Shown here: piece after piece, positions 1-9,624 of the stretch | How positions within the stretch are numbered: position 1 is the stretch's first letter | How the letters are laid out: the number at the start of each line of letters is the position of its first letter | Origin: Candidatus Electrothrix sp. GW3-4 | Lineage (GTDB): Bacteria > Desulfobacterota > Desulfobulbia > Desulfobulbales > Desulfobulbaceae | Direction of reading: 5' to 3' | Assembly (NCBI RefSeq): GCF_037902255.1 | Contig: NZ_CP147990.1 | Span: forward strand, 1,710,001 to 1,742,000 | Length of the DNA stretch: 32,000 nucleotides | Translations under genes and position numbers: made by a program | The notes under the pieces: model-generated | Database searches by the model: none | What the model saw: only the letters and a program-made list of their open reading frames with translations | What the model was told of the DNA's origin: nothing

Positions 1-244
1 CAGTCCACATTCTGATGCTGAGTCCTTTTTATTTTCGTATTACTGTTAAAGAGCGGCTCAAGCTGATCAAGAGGTACTGCCTTGAGATTACACTTCAATC
101 GATTTCTTCATCACAGTCGTAAAAAGCAAGAACAGAATATCCATTACCAATGAGCAGAAAATTATTTTTTCTCTTACGCCGTAACATTACGTTAGAGGTA
201 TAGAAAGGTACGGCTCATTTTCTCTGGTATAAGCAGAAGAGAAC

Positions 245-850
245 ATGAGGAACAGGCTTCACATAACAATGAGTATGGGAAGTTGGAAGTTAACAGCGAG
301 ATATAGCATGGATCGAAATATTTGGTTGATGATGGTTAATCAGCATGGTAACGGTTTGTATAAAAAAGGATATCTCGGCAGAGAAGTGCATGAGTTTGAA
401 ATTGAAGCAGCTCTAGAGGCACAAAGAGTTTTTGCTGAGATGACCAGTAGCGATGCCATCCACATTACCTGTATGGAGTTTACAACTCCGCCTGAAGGAT
501 CAACATATCGCAGCATTACTGAGCCTATTCACCGTAAAATTACCGCAGCACCGAGTATCATGGAGTCAACATGGGTAAATGTCTGGCACTCTGTTGCCGA
601 GGCCAGTTTTCTTATCACTGCTGGTACATCTAAGGTTATATCATTTTTGGAAGAATACGGTATTATCGGATTAGCGGCCTATCTTGCGTTTTGCCGTGAA
701 TGCCGTGACTGGGTCCCGACACCGCAGATGTTTCCTGAATTATCCCCAGAAGAACAAGGCGCGTGGCAGGAGGTCGAGGCTGTTGCCGGTCAGATTATGG
801 CTGACGGGTTTATGAAGCTGGACTATCGTCCCAATCAAACAGAGCATTAA
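245..850 (+). CDS. hypothetical protein, no family recognised
   Basis: This 201-aa ORF is the only long ORF in the visibly AT-richer left flank. It has only a weak SD (GAAGAG) before ATG 245, and ATGs at 269 and 275 are alternative starts. I recognise no motif. Confidence 0.4.
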   Translation: MRNRLHITMSMGSWKLTARYSMDRNIWLMMVNQHGNGLYKKGYLGREVHEFEIEAALEAQRVFAEMTSSDAIHITCMEFTTPPEGSTYRSITEPIHRKITAAPSIMESTWVNVWHSVAEASFLITAGTSKVISFLEEYGIIGLAAYLAFCRECRDWVPTPQMFPELSPEEQGAWQEVEAVAGQIMADGFMKLDYRPNQTEH

Positions 851-1105
851 TTGTAATTTACCCATTTTTTCCTGCTGACGTTTTGCTCATTTGAGAAATG
901 GTATTGCAGGGAGAACATAAACTGTATACGCTCTTCCTGAAGCCTTCCTCTTGTGGCGTTAACTGGTCCACAAGTAGGGAGGCTTTTTGAGTTGAGCTGG
1001 AATTTCCAACAGGGCGCGGATACGGTAAAGCAATAATCATGCCAGTAAAATAGGGGCTTTTTGGGGGGGCTATAGGTGAAAAAATAAAAAGAGGTAAAAA
1101 AAAAT

Positions 1106-1135
1106 TTGACTGCTTCTGCTCTTTCGTGTTTTATC
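1106..1135 (+). promoter_or_regulatory. candidate sigma70-type promoter for the 1321 gene
   Basis: TTGACT at 1106-1111 is a near-consensus -35. A TG motif and a T/A-rich -10 candidate (TTTTAT/TTTATC, 1129-1135) follow at 17-18 bp spacing. The -10 is poor, so this is a weak call. Confidence 0.25.
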
Positions 1136-1320
1136 AGTTTCGTAAGAAACTTGTTTTAGAGCAGGTTTAACATATATCCTTTCTGGTCAGAGCAGAACCA
1201 GAAAGTTGCAAAAGCCACAGCCGTCGTGAGGCGGTGTCGGAAAGCTACGGATCTCCAGGAGGAGACCGCCGGGTTGCCTGCTTTCACTTAACGCTCTATT
1301 GTAAAACCAGGAGGAATGTT

Positions 1321-3084
1321 ATGAAAACCACATCCAGGAAAATTCGCAGAAGTTTCGTTGCCGCTGCCGCAGTTCTCTTTGCAGCCCCCTTTGCCGCTCA
1401 GGCGGTCGACGTTAATGGCTCCTATAATGATGATTGGAATCTGAGCGAGGATTTCTTTGCTCCCATGTATAGGGCAGGGAATCCTGATAAGGATCTGTTG
1501 TCCAACGCCTATCTCCGTTATGACAGCAATACCAGCACGGTCTTTGTTCTGGTGCTTGAAGACGCAGGCGCTTTAGTTCCTCTTTCCGATAATCCCGACA
1601 ACGCCTGGGTAAAGGTATATTCTCTTGGTTCGCAAAGCCTCGTCAGCGGCAATAGTGGCAACGACAGTATGGCACCAGATTTTGAGTGGGTCATGAAGGA
1701 TGGTCGTGCTATCGGTTGGGAGGGCTCTTTTAAGCTTGATCCGGGCAGCTATGGCGATGGCCTTGAGATCCATGTCAATCATGGCGGAGAGACCTCTTCA
1801 ACAGGCAAGAAGGTGACAGCAGATGGAGAAGAGCTTAACACCGGTGCATTATCTCCCGATACCCCTGAAGGCCCGCCTGTTGTCACTGGTTCGACAGATC
1901 CTGCATTCATTCCTGATCCGAAATTGGATATCGAAATCAGTACGCAGGGCTTTGATGCCGATGAACCGACAGGTGCCTATATTGAAGTTGGTGATCATGT
2001 GTACACCCTGTACTCCGTTACAAATACCGGCAACGTTACCTTGGAGAATATTGAAGTGACCGGTGTTGAGGGACTGACTCCTGACTGCGACGGTAACGGT
2101 AGTAATATTATCGCCGAGTTGCCTATAGGTGAAAGCTGGAACTGTAGCGTGCTTGGCGCAGCAGTGATTGATCTCCAAGCGAATCCTGGTCAGGCTGAAA
2201 GTGTCTATCCTGGATTTCCTTTGGTTGCAGATGAGGACCCGAGTCACTATTTCGGCGCGAAACCCGGTCTCGACCTTCAGGTCTGCACCGGCAGTGCAGC
2301 GCTGACTTCATGTTCCGAAGGTGCTGCTGATGACCATGACGGCCTGCCTGGCGCAATTGTGCTGGAAGACGAGCCTTTAGTGTACACCTACACCGCCACC
2401 AACACTGGCAACACACCGCTGAATAATGTTGTTGTGACAGACGATAGCGGGTTCCCAGTTGACTGCGGCGACTTTGACGGAACCTTGGCTGTCGATGAGT
2501 CCGTCACCTGCACTGCGGAAGAGACGACCGTGCAGGGGCCGCATGAGAGTGCTGGGCAGGCTGATGCCCAGTACACGGTAGTCAATGATCAGGGGCTTGA
2601 GGAGCAGCGTTCGCTCCAGGATGTTGACCCCATTGCTTACTATGCTCTTTCTCAGGAGCAGCCCAGCCTTGTCCTGACCGTAACAGACTTCGCAGACAAT
2701 AACGAGTTCAATAACGGTCACTTCGTCGTGGAAAACGCCAGCGGTGACTTGGATGTCACTGCTGTCGCCATCACCAACGCCGCCATCACTATTGAATATC
2801 GCAGCAGCGGCAAAGGCAAGACCAGCTGGGTGGATGCAGGCATTAGCAAGACTTGCACAACTGATCCAGCTGTACCCTTTGTCTTCGAGGGAGAAGGTGA
2901 AAAGTCCGGTACTCCTGGACAGCAGGAAGTGGCCTTCAATTGCACAGCGGATGCCGACACTATCCCGGCTGACTACTCCGCAGTACGGGCCACGGTCTGT
3001 GTTCAGATCGCCAACCGCTACGTGAAGGTGAAAGGCCAAGCGACAGATCAACAGAAATGGTTCTGCTCCAGCAGTGATAGGTAA
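1321..3084 (+). CDS. secreted repeat protein with DUF11 / 'conserved repeat domain' type modules
   Basis: AGGAGGA at 1309-1315 sits 5 nt before ATG 1321; the 1234 start in the ORF track is an upstream extension. The signal peptide is MKTTSRKIRRSFVAAAAVLFAAPFAAQA/VD. Repeated modules such as VYTLYSVTNTGNVTLENIEVTG and VYTYTATNTGNTPLNNVVVTDD, with paired Cys, are typical of DUF11/DUF7507 repeats. Confidence 0.75.
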   Translation: MKTTSRKIRRSFVAAAAVLFAAPFAAQAVDVNGSYNDDWNLSEDFFAPMYRAGNPDKDLLSNAYLRYDSNTSTVFVLVLEDAGALVPLSDNPDNAWVKVYSLGSQSLVSGNSGNDSMAPDFEWVMKDGRAIGWEGSFKLDPGSYGDGLEIHVNHGGETSSTGKKVTADGEELNTGALSPDTPEGPPVVTGSTDPAFIPDPKLDIEISTQGFDADEPTGAYIEVGDHVYTLYSVTNTGNVTLENIEVTGVEGLTPDCDGNGSNIIAELPIGESWNCSVLGAAVIDLQANPGQAESVYPGFPLVADEDPSHYFGAKPGLDLQVCTGSAALTSCSEGAADDHDGLPGAIVLEDEPLVYTYTATNTGNTPLNNVVVTDDSGFPVDCGDFDGTLAVDESVTCTAEETTVQGPHESAGQADAQYTVVNDQGLEEQRSLQDVDPIAYYALSQEQPSLVLTVTDFADNNEFNNGHFVVENASGDLDVTAVAITNAAITIEYRSSGKGKTSWVDAGISKTCTTDPAVPFVFEGEGEKSGTPGQQEVAFNCTADADTIPADYSAVRATVCVQIANRYVKVKGQATDQQKWFCSSSDR

Positions 3085-3114
3085 CGCAGTGCTGAGCCGC
3101 TAAGAGCAAAAAAA

Positions 3115-3149
3115 GGGGACAGACCTCCATAAGGTTTGTCCCCTTTTTT
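3115..3149 (+). terminator. rho-independent terminator
   Basis: GGGGACAGACC (3115-3125) and GGTTTGTCCCC (3133-3143) form the stem around a 7-nt loop, followed by T6. Confidence 0.75.
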
Positions 3150-3173
3150 ATTGTCTAAATTAAAAAGGGAGGG

Positions 3174-6086
3174 ATGATTATGAAATCAGGAAAAAAGAAG
3201 GGAATGGCATTCCTGCGTCGTTTGATCATATCTGTTATCTTATTGTTTTATATTCTTCCGGCTACTGTCCAAGCAAATACAGCCAGCCCGCATATTGTCC
3301 ATGAAAATCAGCCTGACGGAACAGAAATAGCACTTCGCATCAAAGGGAGCGAAGCGCTTCGTTGGCAGGAAGATCTTGACGGATTCACAGTGCTTCGTAC
3401 AAAATCAGGGCATTATGTCTATGCAAGACGGGGAGTAAATGGGCGCTTGGTGCCTACGGAACACAAGGTTGGCAAGGCCAACCCGAAGGCCCTGGGCCTG
3501 AAGCGCCGGGAGTTACCCTCCCCAGCTGTCAGGGCGATAATGCGTGCTGATAGCCCAGCAGCCCTGACCTCTGATGAAACAACACAGACAACTCTTCAGC
3601 AAACAACGATACCGCAGGTCTTGAATAATCTCGTTGTGCTGATCAGGTTCAGTGACCATACTGATCGCGCTGTTCCGGCAGAATCTGATATCGATGTGCT
3701 GATGAATGCGATTGGCGGGGATCCTGATCTGGCTCCTGCTGGCAGCCTGCGGGATATTTACCTGAACAACTCCTACGGGGCCCTGACCATTGACTCTACA
3801 GTCGTAGCCTGGGCCACTGTCTCTCACACGGAGGCATATTATGCCGACGGGGCATCCGGTCTGGTCACCAAGGTTCATGAGGCCCTTGGCGAGGCCCTGG
3901 ATATTGTCGACGAGGTTGTCGATTTCAGCAGTTTTGACCAGGATCATGATGGCTATATTGACGCCATCACCTTCCTCCATTCAGGTTATGGTGCCGAATG
4001 GGGTGGAACTGATGCCTACGGAGCCTATTATACAGACCGTATCTGGTCGCATAAATGGGCCATTTCCGGCTCCTGGCTCTCAGCTGAGGGGGTGCGGGTC
4101 TATGACTACCATATCAGTCCGGCACTTTGGGGGACATCAGGCAGCACTATCGGGCGTATCGGCGTAATTGCGCATGAGACAGGACATTTTCTCGGTCTTC
4201 CTGATTTATATGATACCGACACTTCCGGGGGGGATGGAATCGGTTCCTGGGGCCTGATGGCCAACTCCTGGGGCGGTGACGGTAGTCAGCAGCCCCCACC
4301 CCTGATGTCTGCCTGGAGTAAGATGCAGTTAGGCTGGCTGACTCCGACAGACCTCTCTGCCTCGGGATATTATTCTCAGGAAAACTCGCTGGCCTCTGAT
4401 CTGGTCTATAGGGTGACCGATGGTTTTCCCTTGGATGAGTATCTCCTGATTGAGAATCGCAGGAGAAGAGATGCCAGTAATGCGCTGGTGGACAATATTC
4501 CGATCTCTGGAGACGGACTGGTTGTTTATCATGTCGATGATGCTGCCGGGTATAATACAGAGGGGTATCCGGGACAGCCTGGGTGGCCGGAAAACGGGAA
4601 CCATTATCGGGTGGCGGTGCTTCAGGCCGATGGTAACTATAATCTGGAAAAGGGCGATAACCGGGGCGACAGTGGTGATGCGTACCGTTCAGGTGCAGTC
4701 CTCGGTCCGGCAACCACACCAAATACCGACGCCTATCAGGATGGTGTTATTTCCCCGACAGACCATGAGTTCTCAGAATTCAGCGGGGCCGGGGCAAGTA
4801 TGAATTTTGCGTTCAACATTAATCAAATTCCATCTGATCCGCCCACAGCACCCACTGACCTGACGGCAACAGCCGTTTCAGCAGCTCAGATTGATCTGAG
4901 CTGGACTGTTGGCGCGCGTGCTGAAACCCAGGAGGTATTACGCAGTGCTGATGCGGTATCGTTTACCCCTGTTGCCACCCTGGGACCAGAGGTCAATGTC
5001 TATGCAGATAGTGGTCTTGCCGCCGCAACCACGTATACGTATCAGATTCGTGCCGTAAACAGCAGCGGGTCAGCGGTCTCGGCAAGTGCAGCAGCTGTCA
5101 CCATGGATATCTCCCCGCAGGCCTATGCCATAGATGAAAACACCGTGTCCGGGACCCTTATCGGTTCGTATCCAGATACATATGCGGAAGACGGGACAAC
5201 AGAGCAGCTGACTGAAATCCTCGCTGGAAACGCAAAGAACGGGCGTTCCTTGCTGGACCATAGCTGGCAGATAGGACCGGTTGCAGGGGGTGCTCCAATT
5301 ATACTGACTGTTGCAGCCTGGACGGATTCCGCCCTTGAGGGCTTCACCTTTTCCTGCTCAGTTGACAACGGTATTACCTATACTGATGTGCTGACGGTCG
5401 ATCAGACGACACCGCAACAGCAGATGGTCGAATTCCTGGCAGGGGCAAGTGATACGGTTTATCTGCGGGTGACGGATACAGATAATTCCAGAGGTGAAAC
5501 AGCGCTTGATTCCCTCTTGGTTGATTATATTATGATCGAATCTTTGGGTGAGGTGGTCTTGGTCCCCCCGACAAACCTGAGCGGTTCAGCTCTTTCCTCA
5601 TCAGAGATTGCCCTGTCCTGGAATGACGTTATCGGAGAAAGCGGCTATATCGTAGAATACCGTGAAAACGGGACAACAGGATGGCAGCTGGCAATCGCTG
5701 ATCTGGCCGCAGACAGTACCGGGTACACAGTGAACGGCCTGACATCAGGCACGGCCTATGATTTCCTGGTCTCCTCTTTTGATGAGACAAGCCAGACGGC
5801 CAGCGTGCAGACAGTGGAACCGATTACGACCCTGGAGGAAGGAGTGATCGATGTCGTTACAATCGTTACGGCAGAGTATAAGGTGACCCCTCGGCAACTG
5901 TTGGTTGAAGCGATCAGTACGCAGCAGCCGCAGGCTGTTCTGACACTTGTTGGATTTGGTGAGATGACCTACAGTGCTGCTGATGGAAAATATCTGTATC
6001 AGAACAAGACAGACGATCCAGGGGCAACCCTCACTGTCATATCTGACCTTGGTGGGAGCAGTACCACCGTTGTTGTGCAAAAATAA
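3174..6086 (+). CDS. secreted M6-family (immune inhibitor A-like) zinc metalloprotease with two fibronectin type III domains
   Basis: GGGAGGG lies directly upstream. The start is ATG 3174 or ATG 3180 (MKSGKKK). There is a signal peptide with a hydrophobic core ending VQA. HETGHFLGLPDLYD is the HExxH motif in M6-domain context. Two FN3-like segments are present (PPTAPTDLTATAVSAAQIDLSW... and PPTNLSGSALSSSEIALSW...YIVEYRENG...). Confidence 0.85.
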   Translation: MIMKSGKKKGMAFLRRLIISVILLFYILPATVQANTASPHIVHENQPDGTEIALRIKGSEALRWQEDLDGFTVLRTKSGHYVYARRGVNGRLVPTEHKVGKANPKALGLKRRELPSPAVRAIMRADSPAALTSDETTQTTLQQTTIPQVLNNLVVLIRFSDHTDRAVPAESDIDVLMNAIGGDPDLAPAGSLRDIYLNNSYGALTIDSTVVAWATVSHTEAYYADGASGLVTKVHEALGEALDIVDEVVDFSSFDQDHDGYIDAITFLHSGYGAEWGGTDAYGAYYTDRIWSHKWAISGSWLSAEGVRVYDYHISPALWGTSGSTIGRIGVIAHETGHFLGLPDLYDTDTSGGDGIGSWGLMANSWGGDGSQQPPPLMSAWSKMQLGWLTPTDLSASGYYSQENSLASDLVYRVTDGFPLDEYLLIENRRRRDASNALVDNIPISGDGLVVYHVDDAAGYNTEGYPGQPGWPENGNHYRVAVLQADGNYNLEKGDNRGDSGDAYRSGAVLGPATTPNTDAYQDGVISPTDHEFSEFSGAGASMNFAFNINQIPSDPPTAPTDLTATAVSAAQIDLSWTVGARAETQEVLRSADAVSFTPVATLGPEVNVYADSGLAAATTYTYQIRAVNSSGSAVSASAAAVTMDISPQAYAIDENTVSGTLIGSYPDTYAEDGTTEQLTEILAGNAKNGRSLLDHSWQIGPVAGGAPIILTVAAWTDSALEGFTFSCSVDNGITYTDVLTVDQTTPQQQMVEFLAGASDTVYLRVTDTDNSRGETALDSLLVDYIMIESLGEVVLVPPTNLSGSALSSSEIALSWNDVIGESGYIVEYRENGTTGWQLAIADLAADSTGYTVNGLTSGTAYDFLVSSFDETSQTASVQTVEPITTLEEGVIDVVTIVTAEYKVTPRQLLVEAISTQQPQAVLTLVGFGEMTYSAADGKYLYQNKTDDPGATLTVISDLGGSSTTVVVQK

Positions 6087-6127
6087 TTGTAAATTCTGCT
6101 GCGTATAACAGCTGATGAACAAGGTAA

Positions 6128-6155
6128 GGGCTGCCCTCTCAGGGTGGCCCTTTTT
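6128..6155 (+). terminator. rho-independent terminator
   Basis: GGGCTGCCC (6128-6136) pairs with GGGTGGCCC (6142-6150) as 9 bp including two G-U pairs, with a 5-nt loop and then T5. Confidence 0.65.
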
Positions 6156-6270
6156 CGTTAGGGTAACTGGGAAAAAACTTTTCGATCGATTTCTCTTGAC
6201 ATTAAAGCGCATGCTAGTTAACTATATTCTTAATTAGTTAAATGGTGAATCTCTAGGCCGGAGAGAGAAA

Positions 6271-6555
6271 ATGGATAACCAGATTGATGATCTTGCTCTT
6301 TTGCTCAAATCTATCTCCCATCCCATTCGCTTGAAGATCCTCTGTCTCCTCCAGGACAGGGAGCTGACAGTCAGCGAGATTCGGGAAGAGGTGGTGACCA
6401 GCGGGGCAAATATCAGTCAGCATTTGAATATAATGCGAAACCAAGGTATTATCAGCTCACGCAAGGAAGCGAACTTTATTTATAATCACATTGCGGATGA
6501 GCGGATTATCGAGTTAATGAAAACGATGCGGCAGCTCTTTTGCACCATCGTCTAA
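6271..6555 (+). CDS. ArsR/SmtB-family winged-helix transcriptional regulator
   Basis: LLKSISHPIRLKILCLLQDRELTVSEIREEVVTSGANISQHLNIMRNQGIISSRKEANFIYNHI is a typical HTH_5/ArsR core. The protein is 94 aa. Confidence 0.85.
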   Translation: MDNQIDDLALLLKSISHPIRLKILCLLQDRELTVSEIREEVVTSGANISQHLNIMRNQGIISSRKEANFIYNHIADERIIELMKTMRQLFCTIV

Positions 6556-6634
6556 ATCGTTCGGGATTAATTATAAACAAAGAAGCAAGGTTGTGTAGTT
6601 TCAGGTAAGGAAGAGACAAAAACAGGAGGCAGTT

Positions 6635-9268
6635 ATGGACATCTCGACCAGGGCAATTCATTTTTCGCTGCACAAACCCAAGGTCGTTACCGCGATCATG
6701 GTTGTGCTTACCCTTATCGTTGGAGCCTTTATTGTTAAGGTGCATGTGGACACGGACCCGGAAAATATGCTCTCCGAGCATGAGGCGGTCCGGGTCTTTC
6801 ACGATCAGACCAAGAAGGAATTCACCCTCCATGATGTCGTGGTCCTGGGGGTGGTGAATGAGCATGACTCGGACGGGGTCTTTAATCCAGAGACCCTGCA
6901 ACGGGTCTTCACCCTGAGTAAATTCGCCGCCAACCTGGCAGATCCCGATGACCCGGAACGTCGGGTGGTCAGCCGGGACATCATTGCCCCGGATAATGTG
7001 GATAATATCCTCCAGGCCGGGCTCGGGCAGGTGCGCTTTGAATGGCTGATGAAGGAACCGCCCAAGACCCAGGAAGAGGCCCTGAAGATCCGGGATTATG
7101 CCCTGGCCAATCCCCTGCTCAAGGGGACCATGGTTTCCGAGGACGGCAAGGCCCTGGCCATCTACCTCCCTATCACCAAGAAGGATTTTGCCCATTCCGT
7201 GGCTGAGCAGCTTCGGGCCAAGATCGATGAGATCGGTGCAGGCAATGACGAATTCCATATCACGGGCCTGCCTGTGGCAGAGGATACCTTTGGCAAGGAG
7301 ATGTTTATCCAGATGGCGGTTTCCGCCCCCCTGGCCATGCTGATGATCTTCCTGCTCATGCTCTTTTTCTTTCGTAATCTCCAGCTGATCATCGCCCCGA
7401 TGATCATTGCTGTCTGTACCGTGATCGTGACCATGGGGATGCTTATCGGCACTGGCCACACCCTGCATATCATGAGCTCCATGATCCCCATCTTTATCAT
7501 GCCCATTGCGGTGGTGGATTCGGTCCATATCCTGTCGGAGTTTTTTGATGCCTATCAGCAGCGTAAGGACAGAAAGGCGACCCTGATTCATGTCATGGCC
7601 CATCTGTTCAAGCCCATGCTCTTTACCTCCCTGACCTCGGCAGCAGGTTTTGCCTCCCTGGCCTTTACCCCGATCCCGCCGGTCCAGGCCTTTGGTATCT
7701 TTGTTGCCCTGGGCATCCTGCTGGCCTGGCTGTTGACCATCATCTTTGTTCCTGCCTATGTGATGATGATGAGCGAACAGAGCTTGGAGAACTTTGGTGT
7801 TGATACCACAGACACCTCCCATGAGAACTCCCTGTTTAATCGTCATCTGCGCTGGATCGGCAAGACCTCCTCGGGTAAGCCATGGATGGTGATTATCATC
7901 AATATTGGTATCATGATCGTGGGGGTCGTTGGTATCCTGATGATCCAGGTCAACGATAACCCGGTCAAGTGGTTTAAGAAGAGCCATGAGATCCGGGTGG
8001 CGGATAAGGTCCTGAACAGTCACTTCGGTGGCACCTATGAGGCATACCTTATTTTAACCGGCAAGGTAGAGGAGATGAGCGTTGCCCAGGCCGCAGAACA
8101 GCTGAAAGGGAAACTCCAGACTGCCCTGCAGGATACCCCGGCCATCTTGACCTCTGCAATGGAGGATATTGAGCAGGCAGTTGCCGATACCAGGACTATT
8201 CAGGGCCTCCGAGATGCCCTGGCCCAGCTCTGGAATATGGAGCTTGACAATGCCCCGCAGGACGATGATACTGTGTACGATTCCTGGGGAAGAGCCCTGG
8301 ATAGCCTGGGGGGAATAGGTCCCCAGAAGGAGGTCTTCAAGCGTCCTGATGTGTTGCGCTACATCTCAGACCTGCAGGCGCACCTGGCCAAGGAAGGTGA
8401 CGTGGGAAAATCCAACACCGTGGCCGATGTGGTGAAGAAGGTGCATATGGAGCTGTTTGAGGGGGCCCTGGAACGATACACCATCCCGGATACGGTCAAT
8501 GCCGTGGCCCAGACCTTGATCTCCTATCAGAACAGTCATAAGCCCGATGACCTCTGGCATCTGGTGACCCCGGATTACAGCAAGGCCAATATCTGGTTGC
8601 AGCTGCGGAGCGGCGATAATGTGGACATGGAACGGGTGATTGAGGACATTGAGCAGTACTTTGCTGCCAATCCGCCGCCAGTGGAGATGAACCATGACTG
8701 GGCCGGTCTGACCTACATCAACGTGGTCTGGCAGGACAAGATGGTGAGCGGGATGCGCGACTCCTTCCTGTCCAGCTTTGCTGTGGTCTTCATCATGATG
8801 GCCTTTCTGTTCCGCTCCCCGACCTGGGGCCTGCTGGCCATGGTGCCGCTGACCTTCACTATCGGCTTTATTTACGGGGTGATCGGCCTGATCGGCAAGG
8901 ATTACGACATGCCGGTAGCGGTGCTCTCCTCCCTGGCTCTGGGCCTGGCTGTGGACTTTGCCATCCACTTCCTTCAGCGCACCAGGATGACTATGGCCAA
9001 GACCGGGGATTGGGGCGCGGCTATCCGGGATATGTTTGATGATCCGGCCCGGGCCATCCTGCGTAACATCATTGTTATCGCCATCGGCTTTACCCCGCTC
9101 TTGCTGGCACCGCTGGTTCCCTATCAGACCGTGGGAATCTTCCTGGCCACGATTATGCTCTATTCAGGTATGGCTACCTTGTGGATCCTTCCGGCCCTGT
9201 TGACTGTGATGAAGGGTTGGGTCTTTAAGAAGGAGTTGAAGGCCTTTGCGGAGAAGGAGGCAGATTAA
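6635..9268 (+). CDS. RND-superfamily (MMPL-like) exporter, 12-TM with two periplasmic loops
   Basis: AGGAGG precedes ATG 6635. The 877-aa protein has two hydrophobic TM bundles separated by large soluble loops, matching RND/MMPL architecture. LolA-like and OMP genes lie downstream. Confidence 0.85.
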   Translation: MDISTRAIHFSLHKPKVVTAIMVVLTLIVGAFIVKVHVDTDPENMLSEHEAVRVFHDQTKKEFTLHDVVVLGVVNEHDSDGVFNPETLQRVFTLSKFAANLADPDDPERRVVSRDIIAPDNVDNILQAGLGQVRFEWLMKEPPKTQEEALKIRDYALANPLLKGTMVSEDGKALAIYLPITKKDFAHSVAEQLRAKIDEIGAGNDEFHITGLPVAEDTFGKEMFIQMAVSAPLAMLMIFLLMLFFFRNLQLIIAPMIIAVCTVIVTMGMLIGTGHTLHIMSSMIPIFIMPIAVVDSVHILSEFFDAYQQRKDRKATLIHVMAHLFKPMLFTSLTSAAGFASLAFTPIPPVQAFGIFVALGILLAWLLTIIFVPAYVMMMSEQSLENFGVDTTDTSHENSLFNRHLRWIGKTSSGKPWMVIIINIGIMIVGVVGILMIQVNDNPVKWFKKSHEIRVADKVLNSHFGGTYEAYLILTGKVEEMSVAQAAEQLKGKLQTALQDTPAILTSAMEDIEQAVADTRTIQGLRDALAQLWNMELDNAPQDDDTVYDSWGRALDSLGGIGPQKEVFKRPDVLRYISDLQAHLAKEGDVGKSNTVADVVKKVHMELFEGALERYTIPDTVNAVAQTLISYQNSHKPDDLWHLVTPDYSKANIWLQLRSGDNVDMERVIEDIEQYFAANPPPVEMNHDWAGLTYINVVWQDKMVSGMRDSFLSSFAVVFIMMAFLFRSPTWGLLAMVPLTFTIGFIYGVIGLIGKDYDMPVAVLSSLALGLAVDFAIHFLQRTRMTMAKTGDWGAAIRDMFDDPARAILRNIIVIAIGFTPLLLAPLVPYQTVGIFLATIMLYSGMATLWILPALLTVMKGWVFKKELKAFAEKEAD

Positions 9269-9384
9269 GAAGAGGGGAAGGGGGATAACGGTTTGCGGAT
9301 CATATCTCTGGCTAGAAATTTTCTATCTAGCGATTTGATTCGCTTACCATGCAAATCTCAATAAAAGGGAGGGATGATCTCGTC

Positions 9385-9621
9385 ATGAGTGATAAAAGCA
9401 AGAAGGAATCGAATGATAATATGGTTTCTCTGGCTGAAAAAATGGCAGAAAACGCCCAAGGACTTGTTGCAGATTTTTTTGAATCCATACTGAGATTCAT
9501 GAAAGATGCCGCTCGCTGGTATGAAGATGCAAGCAAGAGGATACGTGAATATCTGCGACGTTTCTTTTTCGCCTTATTGCGATTTATGAGCGCTCTTGCC
9601 AAACAAAGCCTCTTTTCTTGA
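9385..9621 (+). CDS. small hypothetical alpha-helical protein (start uncertain; 9349 is also possible)
   Basis: GGGAGGG at 9367-9373 is followed by a 4-codon mini-ORF (ATG 9374, ATGATCTCGTCATGA). Its stop overlaps ATG 9385 in an ATGA junction. No family is recognised. An antisense ORF (9327-9650) competes for the same DNA. Confidence 0.3.
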   Translation: MSDKSKKESNDNMVSLAEKMAENAQGLVADFFESILRFMKDAARWYEDASKRIREYLRRFFFALLRFMSALAKQSLFS

Positions 9622-9624
9622 ACA

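Noticed and set aside
1179-1205. A possible TTC-flanked target (TTC-TGGTCAGAGCAG...) for the 49-nt segment of the cas1-cas2 unit (TGGTCGGCAAAG...).
   Set aside because: Only positions 1-5 and 7 match, with mismatches at 8-10 within the seed, so this is a chance resemblance. Likewise ACCGGGCT at about 13939 matches 8 nt of the other 49-mer but has no TTC PAM.
1234-1320. N-terminal extensions in the ORF track (1234, 14057, 16702, 25151, 25537, 28239, 28913, 31164).
   Set aside because: In each case an internal ATG with a good SD, a signal peptide, or a canonical family N-terminus gives a better start: 1321, 14135, 16573, 24875, 25504, 28215, 28862 and 31089. Several of the extended starts are TTG or GTG codons without an RBS.
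3163-3178. The 16-mer AAAAGGGAGGGATGAT is identical at 3163-3178 (protease start) and 9363-9378 (small ORF).
   Set aside because: It is most simply two strong Shine-Dalgarno contexts that happen to match. There is no extended similarity on either side, so I do not treat it as a repeat element.
6506-8023. A 505-aa ORF on the minus strand opposite the RND exporter gene.
   Set aside because: It is entirely antisense to a well-supported transporter CDS. The translation is low-complexity (H/D/G/Q-rich) with no RBS or recognisable domain. It is a typical shadow ORF of a codon-biased gene. The same applies to 8366-8968 and 7162-7506.
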